Of a stretch of DNA of 64,000 nt, positions 20,323-28,681 are shown in pieces. Where the stretch lies: assembly GCA_963665295.1 (NCBI GenBank), contig OY762209.1:480001-544000 (forward strand), in the 5' to 3' direction. The notes under the pieces are model-generated. The model was not told the DNA's origin. It made no database searches and saw nothing but the letters and a program-made list of their open reading frames with translations. Numbering within the stretch: position 1 is the stretch's first letter; each line of letters begins with the position of its first letter. The DNA comes from Syntrophorhabdaceae bacterium. Lineage in GTDB: Bacteria; Desulfobacterota; Syntrophorhabdia; Syntrophorhabdales; Syntrophorhabdaceae. The translations under genes and the position numbers were made by a program.

Positions 20323-21807
20323 ATGAAGCTTCAGAATATTCAGAATCGAATAAACGAACTAATGGCCATTTTCGTTGCCCAGGTCAAAGGCGCTACCGCT
20401 ATGGGAAGAACCGACATCAATCGGGTATCTGAGACGGTCTTAATACCTCTCCTCTCGGAAGTGTTCGGCTATCAAGCCCTTAAGAATCTCAACTACACTG
20501 AAGAGGAAAACTATCCTGGGATTGATCTCGGAGACGAGCAGGCCCGAGTCGCCTTTCAGGTGACCAGTACAGCCAGCATCGAAAAAGTAAGGGAAACTCT
20601 TATAAAATTCGTACGGTACCGGCTTTACGAAAAGTACGATCAGCTATTCATGTATATTCTGACGGAAAAACAGAAATCTTACTCGGACAAAGGTCTTTCC
20701 GAAATACTTGAAGGAAAATGCTCTTTTGACGTTTCAAGACAGATTCTTGATTATCAAGATATTCTAAGGGCAATAAGCGGTTTCCAAATCGAAAAGGCAC
20801 TTTCTGCATGCAGTATTTTGGAACGAAACCTTAGCTATACGCCTCACCTTCTAGAACATATCACTAATCAAACGTATGAACCGCTTGAGGGTGGAACTGA
20901 GACAGTATATCTCAACCTCGTGGAGGTATCCTTTCCAGATATCTTGTATATCGGAAATCTACCGTCTTTGCCAACCAAGAAACAGGAAAAGAATCGGAGA
21001 TGGAAGGGCCTCAAACCCAAATCCCAGAGAGACGCCGTGCGAGAGAAACTCCTCGAACTCGGACTACGATTCGGCACCGATTGGGAGACTTTCGGGAAAA
21101 GGATAATCACTTTTCATAACCTCTCGAATGACGCAATCCCCTTAGCCCAAGTTGTGCTGCCCGAAAGTGTATCAGCTACTTCAACACTTGATTTCTATTC
21201 AGTTGACGAGGATCACGACAGGGTTTTCAAGTCTTTGTTGCGAAGATGTCTTCAGCAAAAGCTTTATCACCGTGGTATACAATGGCAAAACGATAAGAAC
21301 CTCTTTATCTTTGTAAGCAAAGATGGCGAAGATCATCGGGAAGAACACTGGGTAGGAAGTAAATCGAGTGAACGCGTCGTGTTTGAGAGGACAAGAAAGA
21401 CAAAGAAGCCCGATGAGACGTGGTACTGTAAGCACCTGGCTTTCGCTTCTCGCTTCTATTGCATCGATCACCAATGGTTCATGGCCGTAAAGCCGGATTG
21501 GTTCTTTAGTCGAGACGGCTATAGTGAATCTTTTTATGCTGCGCAAAAAGTCAACTGGCTTAAAAAGAGAGAAAACAATGAGCATCTCTACAATCAATTT
21601 CGGTTTATATGCTATTTTGTGACACACGATGACATTCCTAATCTTTTCGAAAAAGACAGAAGATATCCTTACCTGTCATTTGGCAATGCCGTCGCCTTCC
21701 AATCTTACCCGGAGTTGAACGATGATGTATGGAACCCTCCGAAATCGGATGGCGAGGATGAAGACCTGGATGATGCAGTGTCACAAATGAGTCTGTTTGA
21801 TTTATGA
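20323..21807 (+). CDS. SMEK-domain (REase-like) protein fused to an APAZ-like domain; partner of short pAgo
   Basis: N-terminal DINRVSE...NLN...NYPGIDLGD...AFQVTS is the SMEK signature. C-terminal HLAFASRF...WFMAVKPDWFFSRDG...KKRENN...FRF is APAZ-like. Its TGA overlaps the pAgo ATG (ATGA). Confidence 0.75.
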   Translation: MKLQNIQNRINELMAIFVAQVKGATAMGRTDINRVSETVLIPLLSEVFGYQALKNLNYTEEENYPGIDLGDEQARVAFQVTSTASIEKVRETLIKFVRYRLYEKYDQLFMYILTEKQKSYSDKGLSEILEGKCSFDVSRQILDYQDILRAISGFQIEKALSACSILERNLSYTPHLLEHITNQTYEPLEGGTETVYLNLVEVSFPDILYIGNLPSLPTKKQEKNRRWKGLKPKSQRDAVREKLLELGLRFGTDWETFGKRIITFHNLSNDAIPLAQVVLPESVSATSTLDFYSVDEDHDRVFKSLLRRCLQQKLYHRGIQWQNDKNLFIFVSKDGEDHREEHWVGSKSSERVVFERTRKTKKPDETWYCKHLAFASRFYCIDHQWFMAVKPDWFFSRDGYSESFYAAQKVNWLKKRENNEHLYNQFRFICYFVTHDDIPNLFEKDRRYPYLSFGNAVAFQSYPELNDDVWNPPKSDGEDEDLDDAVSQMSLFDL

Positions 21808-23231
21808 AGATAGATACTTTTGATGAACCACTCCTTGAATTTGGCACCGGCACACATTTGTGTCCGAGAGCCGGTATTGCCATGCACTCAGCTTACGACA
21901 CCAGAATGGCGGTTAGAAGAGAACGGATTTTGGTAGGAGCGGTTGGAATAACCGATCATCTGACGAAGTTAATGGAATGGCTCGATAGATGTTCACGGCC
22001 TATACCAGGAAAGATGAACTCTACGAAACCAAATCTCTTTCCAGGTTTCTGTGGATTCAATCGAAATATTGGGTTCAAGGCAGAATTTATAATCAACGAT
22101 GAGATTACTCGCTCACTAAGTCTCTCAGAGGTCAGACGCATTACAAAGACGAAAAATCGCCAGTCATGTGTCAATGACGCCGTGGAATTATATTATCGTC
22201 AGGTAGAGTTTCTAGCTCAAAACAGAGCTGTCGACGTCATAATTTGCATTTTGCCCTCAAAACTGTATGGCAAAATCGTAAGAGAAGGTCTGGAAAAAGC
22301 TGAGATAGATCTCGAAGAAGAACAGTTGGAAGATGATATCTTAGAGGCTAATTTCAGACGCGCCCTTAAGGCCAAGACAATGCATCTGGGTAAGCCTATT
22401 CAGATCATGCGGGACCTGTCCCTGGAGTCTAACCCGAGAACCCAGCAAGATGATGCAACAAAAGCATGGAACTTCTGTACCGCTCTCTATTATAAGGCTA
22501 ATCAAACAGTTCCATGGAAACTTATCACAAATGTAAACAGACCTCCAATCTGTTTCGTCGGCATCGGTTTCTACCGCAGCCGCGACGGCAAGAGTTTGCA
22601 CACGAGTCTTGCTCAAGTCTTCGACGAATTGGGGAATGGAGTAATCCTCAGAGGAACACCGGTTAAGCTGGACAGAGAGGATAGAACGCCACACCTTACT
22701 GAAGAGCAAGCTTCCACTCTTCTTGAAAGAGCGCTTTGTGAATACCAGGCCGCGATGGACAACCTGCCCGGCAGAATAGTCGTTCACAAATCCTCCAACT
22801 TTAATGAGTTGGAATTGCAAGGCTTTCGAAATGCTACTGACCAAGCCCGAGTCAAATCGGTTGATTTTGTCACGGTCATGGAAACAAAGCTAAGACTCTT
22901 GCGCGGAGGGATATACCCGCCTTTTCGAGGGACTTATATCGAGCTGGATGCAACAACACACATTCTTTACACACGAGGATCTGTCAATTACTATCAAACT
23001 TACCCCGGCAAATATGTTCCCCAGCCTCTGGAAATACGGATCGTCGAATCAGATGAGTCGCCGGGACTGATCTGCAGAGAAATTCTTGGGCTAACAAAAA
23101 TGAACTGGAATAATACACAGTTCGATGGCAAATATCCGATTACAATAGAATGCGCAAGAAAGGTCGGTCAAATAATGAAATACGTAGACGAAAACGAGAA
23201 GCCACAAATTCGCTACAGTTTTTATATGTAA
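21804..23231 (+). CDS. Short prokaryotic Argonaute (MID-PIWI), catalytically inactive
   Basis: EPLLEFG start, MID residues RRALKAK...IQI...ALYYKA, PIWI CFVGIGFY and VVHKSS (catalytic Asp positions replaced), LTKMNWNN...PITI, and YSFYM C-terminus. Confidence 0.92.
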   Translation: MKIDTFDEPLLEFGTGTHLCPRAGIAMHSAYDTRMAVRRERILVGAVGITDHLTKLMEWLDRCSRPIPGKMNSTKPNLFPGFCGFNRNIGFKAEFIINDEITRSLSLSEVRRITKTKNRQSCVNDAVELYYRQVEFLAQNRAVDVIICILPSKLYGKIVREGLEKAEIDLEEEQLEDDILEANFRRALKAKTMHLGKPIQIMRDLSLESNPRTQQDDATKAWNFCTALYYKANQTVPWKLITNVNRPPICFVGIGFYRSRDGKSLHTSLAQVFDELGNGVILRGTPVKLDREDRTPHLTEEQASTLLERALCEYQAAMDNLPGRIVVHKSSNFNELELQGFRNATDQARVKSVDFVTVMETKLRLLRGGIYPPFRGTYIELDATTHILYTRGSVNYYQTYPGKYVPQPLEIRIVESDESPGLICREILGLTKMNWNNTQFDGKYPITIECARKVGQIMKYVDENEKPQIRYSFYM

Positions 23232-23242
23232 GATGGCCCCAC

Positions 23243-23355
23243 ACAAAAAAAGACTCCGCCTGTTTCTTTGAAAACAAACGGAGCCAGGGTCGAAGGGTCA
23301 AAGCTGTGAGCCAAGGACTCAAAACTCAAAGAGCTACTTGCGACGAAGGAACACC
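23243..23355 (-). repeat. Conserved 3' tail of DGR-target-like genes, with hairpin (copy 1; others at ~24023-24145 and ~24571-24640)
   Basis: Shared CGCAAGTAGCTCTTT..AG..CTTGG..CTTTGACCCTT..; copies 1 and 2 also share the GTTTGTTTTCAAA.AAACAGGCG hairpin. Confidence 0.75.
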
Positions 23356-23840
23356 CACCGGTTGTCAGCATACCAGAAGCTGCCAGAATAGCCATAACTG
23401 CCGCCGAGACACAGGCCGTCGTCATCGTGTACGACGCTGGACCGCGTCAGGCAGCCATCGGAGTCCATGATGCTGTCCATGGCTATAAAAAGAGCTTCTC
23501 TTTTTGGTTGTTCGGAATATTGGAGACGCAGTTGTGGGCCGACTTCAGCGGGACAGATGTCCCCAATCTTCTTGATGCGCCTATCGATGTTGCGGTAATA
23601 TGCGCCATCTTTAAATCCGAGTTCGGCGGTAGTTGCCGTCATCAGCTCGACTTCTTTTTGTTCCCGGCTCAGGGTGACTTTGCTCAAAATGTCGCCCGCC
23701 CATTCGCCGACTTTGAATCCGTTTTTCTCCAGAGCTTCGCGGAGTTCGGGAATCGATTTGTAGATTCCCAGCTTGATGGTCTTCCAGGTTGGAAGATCGC
23801 AAATGCTTTCATACAGTCCACTTTCGACCTTTCTAATCAT
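23334..23840 (-). CDS. DGR-target-like protein (C-type-lectin-like variable C-terminus), copy A
   Basis: GGAGG RBS before ATG 23840; CPAEVGPQLRLQY core; C-terminus DSDG...HDDDGLCL...FWYADNRWVFLRRK resembles CPR DGR variable proteins. Confidence 0.7.
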   Translation of the reverse strand: MIRKVESGLYESICDLPTWKTIKLGIYKSIPELREALEKNGFKVGEWAGDILSKVTLSREQKEVELMTATTAELGFKDGAYYRNIDRRIKKIGDICPAEVGPQLRLQYSEQPKREALFIAMDSIMDSDGCLTRSSVVHDDDGLCLGGSYGYSGSFWYADNRWVFLRRK

Positions 23841-24022
23841 GACAAACCTCCTCTTAATTGAGATATGCCGCTTCATAGCAGCCTTGGAGGAACTTCGAGA
23901 AATTCCCTGAAGGATGCCATGAAATTGTGAGGAGTATGACATAAAGGGGCTTTCCTGAAGCTGAACCCCCTATTGTACACCTAATCCATATTTTGTCAGT
24001 ATCTGAAATCAAAGAGCATTTG

Positions 24023-24155
24023 CACAAGAAAAGCTACGCCTGTTTTTTGAAAACAAACAGTGCCAAGCTCCAAGGTTCCAAGGGTCAAAGTTGAAACCAA
24101 GAATCCGAGGCTCAAAGAGCGTACTCGCAGAGAAGGAATACCATCGTTTTTGTCA
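24023..24155 (-). pseudogene. Remnant 3' end of a third DGR-target-like gene (or template-repeat fragment)
   Basis: GACAAAAACGATGGTATTCCTTCTCTGCGAGTACGCTCTTTGAG aligns with the DNRWVFLRRK* end and its downstream tail; no upstream coding part remains. Confidence 0.6.
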
Positions 24156-24218
24156 AAACCGATTCGTGCGGTATAATTAGAATATCTTTCAACAATCCTA
24201 ATTATTGGTACCAAAAAT

Positions 24219-24569
24219 ATGGAGAAGAAGATATTGGCTGTCTCTGCGATAGTTATTATGCTCTTGGTTGGAGGTTTTTTGACGTTTATGTTTGTGAAAA
24301 TTTCTGATCAGAAAAATGAAAATATTTCCAATCCAAATCGGCCTTTGCTGGTTGAAGATTATTACGAAAATCTAAAGAATAAATGTAATGGTAATTCTTG
24401 TTGCATTTCCTCAGTTGATTCAATGAAAAGTGCAAGCGCAAAGTTGGCTGAGAATGAAACATGTCCGGATGGATCTGAAAAAGATATGCTCAAGTGTGAA
24501 GGGACTTATATTTGGTGCAAAACCTCAACTGTCTCTGGGAATGAGAATAATCATCAGGCTAACAACTAG
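24219..24569 (+). CDS. Small membrane-anchored Cys-rich protein
   Basis: N-terminal hydrophobic helix; C..SCC..S..M..CP.G..MLKC.G..WC pattern. Confidence 0.7.
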   Translation: MEKKILAVSAIVIMLLVGGFLTFMFVKISDQKNENISNPNRPLLVEDYYENLKNKCNGNSCCISSVDSMKSASAKLAENETCPDGSEKDMLKCEGTYIWCKTSTVSGNENNHQANN

Positions 24570-24614
24570 CGGAAAGGTTCAAGGTTGACGACCAAGAACC
24601 CGAGACTTAAAGAG

Positions 24615-25088
24615 CTACTTGCGGCGGCGAAGAAACACCCACCGGTAGTCACCAGTCCAGAAATCGCCCGGGTGACCAAGGCTGCCGTCGAGCCACAGAA
24701 CGCCGTCATCGTGCCCGACGCAGAACCGTCGCAGGCGGCCGCCGGAGCCCGAAATGGGGTTCATAGTAATGAAGTTCCGTTCATCCTTTGGCTGGTCCGG
24801 GTACTGGAGACGAAGTTGCGGCCCGACTTCAGCGGGACAAACATCGAATCCCAGCCCCTTAATACGCTTCTCGATGTCGCAGTAACGGGCTCCATCTTTG
24901 AAGCCGAGTTCGGCGATGGTAGCCGTCACCAGCTCGATTTCTCTTTCTTCGGGGCTCAGACTGACTTTGCTGAGAATGTCGTCCGCCCAGTTGCCGATTT
25001 TGAATCCGCCTTTGCTCAAAGCTTCGCGGAGTTCCGGAATCGACTTGTAGGTGCCGAGCCTAATAGGCTTCCAAGTGTTGAATATCAT
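24615..25088 (-). CDS. DGR-target-like protein, copy B
   Basis: Paralogue of 23334..23840; C-terminus GSGG...HDDGVLWL...FWTGDYRWVFLRRRK. Confidence 0.7.
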   Translation of the reverse strand: MIFNTWKPIRLGTYKSIPELREALSKGGFKIGNWADDILSKVSLSPEEREIELVTATIAELGFKDGARYCDIEKRIKGLGFDVCPAEVGPQLRLQYPDQPKDERNFITMNPISGSGGRLRRFCVGHDDGVLWLDGSLGHPGDFWTGDYRWVFLRRRK

Positions 25089-25122
25089 ATTTTTGATTTA
25101 TTTATTACACATCTTCACACAA

Positions 25123-25527
25123 TCACTGCTGTTCGTCTTGTTTTTCAACGATAATCTCAGTGGCATTCTTTGCGGAATCATATTTCACAGTGGCACTTCC
25201 GCCCAGCTTAACGCCTCCGAGACCGACAGCTTTCTTTTCTCCGTCTTCCATTGAATAGACCGGTGTTTCAGCACTGATTTTGAATTGAGTCTTGTCAGTT
25301 CCGATGTAGATGTAGTCTTGATCCATGCTGACGACCAGTCCTCTTGTTTCATTGGTATTTGCTGGTTCTTTATCAGGGGCAGCCTGATCCGCCTGACTGT
25401 TTACTGCTACACTCTGCGTGGTGGAACTCTGGGGAACGGTATTCACCTTTTTAGCTTTTCTCATAATATAGATTCCGCTCAGGGCCAGAATGGCAATGAT
25501 TGCGATGATGACGATTGTTTTTTTCAT
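25123..25527 (-). CDS. Membrane-anchored hypothetical protein (OB-fold/DUF5666-like)
   Basis: N-terminal TM helix, low-complexity linker, G.VVSMD....I...FKIS.ETPVY...VKLGG.ATVKY pattern. Confidence 0.6.
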   Translation of the reverse strand: MKKTIVIIAIIAILALSGIYIMRKAKKVNTVPQSSTTQSVAVNSQADQAAPDKEPANTNETRGLVVSMDQDYIYIGTDKTQFKISAETPVYSMEDGEKKAVGLGGVKLGGSATVKYDSAKNATEIIVEKQDEQQ

Positions 25528-25576
25528 ATTTGTTTGTTTTATTAATTTATTATTACTCTTATTTTAAGCTGGATTA

Positions 25577-28500
25577 TTAGGGAGCCACCTCCTTCCAATT
25601 CATGTTCCTATATCTGTCTGCATAACAACGAGCTGTTTCCCCTCCGCATACTCCGCTGCAGGTCCAGGTCCAAGACAATTTCGATGTTTGAGGATTGGAG
25701 CTTCCGCCAAAACTTGAACATAGTTCTGAGTCTGGTTTTGTTTTCCATTCTTTGTGCGTAGCATCACCGCATTGTCCGTCAACTGAAGGCTGGAGACCAT
25801 GGCAATCTTGGGTTTGTGGAGAAGTAGGACAAGCAACGCCTCCGTATTGTGGATAAACAGAAACTGTTATGTCTCTGGTTTGTGTTCCAGTTTGATTAGC
25901 ACAAAGAGCAGTACAAGTGTGCCAGTTTGACCAGGTATATTGGCAGTCGATAGGACACTGTCCTACCCAAGTGCTATGAGGAGGGACGCAATTGTTAAGA
26001 TCATACAGGGAAGCCCACCCTGTCTCGGTGCAAGTCGGAAGTCCTCCCCAATACCAGTTTGGCTGTTTAGTTCCGGTACAAGAACTCACTGAATTTGATT
26101 TATATATTCCGTTTCCATTGATGTTGTAGCAATAGTTTCCGGAATCACTGCAATCGAGAGGACATTGACCAACCCGAACGTTTCTTGGTAATTCACAGCT
26201 ATTCAAATCGACTTGGCTTGCCCATCCTGTCTCGGTGCAAGTCGGAAGCCCTCCCCAATACCAGTTTGGCTGTTTGGTTCCAGTGCAAGAACTCACTGAA
26301 TTTGATTTATATACTCCTCCGCTCGCGCAATATTTTCCCGAGTCGCTGCAGTTAAGGGGGCATTGTCCTACCCAGACGTTTCTATTATTAGGCACGACAC
26401 ACCGATTACTATCAATTTGAGTCATCCAGCCGGTTTCGGAACAGCTTGGAAGAGGAGGTGACCAATTTGATTGTTTGATTCCGGTGCAGCTCACACACGC
26501 ATCTGATTTATATACTCCGCTATTAGCGCAATGACTGCCAGAGTCATTGCAGTTCATTGGAGATTTTGTTCCCCAGGTAAGTTTTCCCTCATTTCTGCAA
26601 TTTCCTGTTTGAGAAAATTGCTGGCAAGTCAGATAATCTGAAGCAGGAGGAGACCAAGACCAACTAGAATTCTCTTTGCAAGTTCCTCCACAACCATCGG
26701 ATTCTCCCCCACAAGTATTAGAAGGACAATATGGGGTGCAAGTTACCGTATATGGTATTTTTATTGGCGTATAGGTAAACTTGGTATTTGGACACAAGTT
26801 TTGCGTTCCAAGTCCATAAAAATTTACATAATATGTACCGGGAGTCGTGGAAACATTTCCAGTTGAAGATCCGAATTCGCTCTTTACATTAGCGCATGCT
26901 TGTTGTGAATTCTTTATCGTACATGTTCCATTGACACATTTAGCACAAGCAACGGCGCCGTTATTGCCGTAATTTGACTTGAGACAATCCGGTCTAACGC
27001 TGGCAGGCCTGCAATCTCCCAAACGGCTAGTGTTTATATTACTATAATTAGGAAAATCCGTTAGAACTCCTGCATGAGTATACCCATTGCAGTAACCAGA
27101 CCCTTGTTCTATCCTTCCGTAAACCGTCAAAGAAGCGCCAGGGCTTAGATTAGTGCTGCTAAGATTCACAGTATATGTAGCATTGTCAGCATAAAGCGTT
27201 TCTGCTTTCGCTTCGCTGAAAAACAAGAGAAAGCTTACAGTAGAAACGACAAATAGGACGGCGATACTACTTCGGTTATTTTTCTTCTTTTTAATGATAA
27301 AAACTATCACAACAATCAGAATTAAAGCTGACAATCCAAAAACAAGAAGCGTCGCTGATTTTCCAGAAGATTCATTTAAGCTGTTTTTTTCGTCTGCTAC
27401 AGGACCTCCCCCACCCATAAAATTAAACTCGACTTCATCCAAAACTTTTCCATCGCTATCTTTAATCTGAGCGAAAATGTGAGGATTTTGACAATCAGAA
27501 GTAATCGGAATAGTTAAGTCTTCTATATTTTTCGCCAGATCTAATTCTTTGCTGAAATCATCAGAGCAAGAATTTCCTTTTGAACTTTTGGTTGAAACAC
27601 TGAAAAAAAGCTCGCCAGTTCGAATGCTTTCCCCTCTAGAGATAAAGGAAGAATTAGGCGGTGAATTCCAATAAAGAAACACCTTGGCATTTTCTCCTTT
27701 TTGATAATAATTTTTGTCTACTCTTAGATTTTTGATAGTAACACTTTTCCCTTTTGTAATATACTGAAACGATAACTCGTTAGAAACCTTCCGAACCGAA
27801 TTACTTTTATCCAAGAATGACAACTTTATTCCATATACTTGAGGAATAGAAATGTTCTTAATAACAAAGCTTTTTTCATTCTCTCCCGGATTCAAGATAA
27901 TGGCGTCTTGCTTTTCGTTTTCTATTATCTTTCCAAAAGTGGAATATAGATAGGTTTCAAAATATGGCACTACAGATATGGAATTCTTGAAGTTATTTTT
28001 AATTCTGCACTCCAGGGACAGTTCTTCTTCTTGGCTGACGCTTATTGCATAGCCCAAGGGATATTTGTTTCCATCACCTTCCACCAGAAAATTGCAGGCA
28101 TCAGGAGCAATTTCGACATATTCTCCATTTCCGGTGAGATGAATCTCTCCTGCCATATTCATTCCAAGAGACAAACCTTTGTCGTTTTCGGAAATTATCC
28201 ATACTTGATAGTTCCCATTCAAATAATCCGGAATTGTGTAGGCTATTTCTTTGTGAATTGTTTCATTTTGTCCCAGATTTACAGTTTCTTCATAGACTTC
28301 TTCATCAACAATGCCGGAACTTTCTTTTTCAACAAGCTGGACGGCATATTTAACATTTGGCTGAATTTCTTCCCTGTTGGACAAGTCAAAAGACAGTTTC
28401 ATCTCATTGCCGTTTTGAGAGACTATTTTTGCATCGTAGATATTGACAGTAGCCACGATAACAGCTTCACTTTTTTCTGCTTGTTTTGAATCAGCATTAT

Positions 28501-28618
28501 CAAATAAAATGGGGTTTTCTTCCTGCGCTTTGGCCTCAAATCCTGAGAGAAACAGGAAAAGTGAGGCAGAGACGAAGAATGTCGTCTTTAAAAAATGCGC
28601 ACGGTTTCGGTTTTTCAT
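25577..28618 (-). CDS. Large cell-surface protein: signal peptide, beta-rich ectodomain, two TM segments, Cys-rich repeats, TSP1-like domain
   Basis: Signal ending AKA; hydrophobic segments around aa 425-470; three CSDSG..C...YKS...CTGTKQPNW repeats; DCQYTWSNWHTCTALC..GTQTR..GGVACP; ends NWKEVAP. Confidence 0.8.
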   Translation of the reverse strand: MKNRNRAHFLKTTFFVSASLFLFLSGFEAKAQEENPILFDNADSKQAEKSEAVIVATVNIYDAKIVSQNGNEMKLSFDLSNREEIQPNVKYAVQLVEKESSGIVDEEVYEETVNLGQNETIHKEIAYTIPDYLNGNYQVWIISENDKGLSLGMNMAGEIHLTGNGEYVEIAPDACNFLVEGDGNKYPLGYAISVSQEEELSLECRIKNNFKNSISVVPYFETYLYSTFGKIIENEKQDAIILNPGENEKSFVIKNISIPQVYGIKLSFLDKSNSVRKVSNELSFQYITKGKSVTIKNLRVDKNYYQKGENAKVFLYWNSPPNSSFISRGESIRTGELFFSVSTKSSKGNSCSDDFSKELDLAKNIEDLTIPITSDCQNPHIFAQIKDSDGKVLDEVEFNFMGGGGPVADEKNSLNESSGKSATLLVFGLSALILIVVIVFIIKKKKNNRSSIAVLFVVSTVSFLLFFSEAKAETLYADNATYTVNLSSTNLSPGASLTVYGRIEQGSGYCNGYTHAGVLTDFPNYSNINTSRLGDCRPASVRPDCLKSNYGNNGAVACAKCVNGTCTIKNSQQACANVKSEFGSSTGNVSTTPGTYYVNFYGLGTQNLCPNTKFTYTPIKIPYTVTCTPYCPSNTCGGESDGCGGTCKENSSWSWSPPASDYLTCQQFSQTGNCRNEGKLTWGTKSPMNCNDSGSHCANSGVYKSDACVSCTGIKQSNWSPPLPSCSETGWMTQIDSNRCVVPNNRNVWVGQCPLNCSDSGKYCASGGVYKSNSVSSCTGTKQPNWYWGGLPTCTETGWASQVDLNSCELPRNVRVGQCPLDCSDSGNYCYNINGNGIYKSNSVSSCTGTKQPNWYWGGLPTCTETGWASLYDLNNCVPPHSTWVGQCPIDCQYTWSNWHTCTALCANQTGTQTRDITVSVYPQYGGVACPTSPQTQDCHGLQPSVDGQCGDATHKEWKTKPDSELCSSFGGSSNPQTSKLSWTWTCSGVCGGETARCYADRYRNMNWKEVAP

Positions 28619-28681
28619 ATTGTTGTTTTTGATTAACTTGTTAACTTATTTAAAAACTAAAGAAATTTCTTGAAAATGGTT

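Noticed and set aside
23334..25088. Complete DGR
   Set aside because: No reverse transcriptase, Avd or full-length AAC-rich template repeat is visible in the window.
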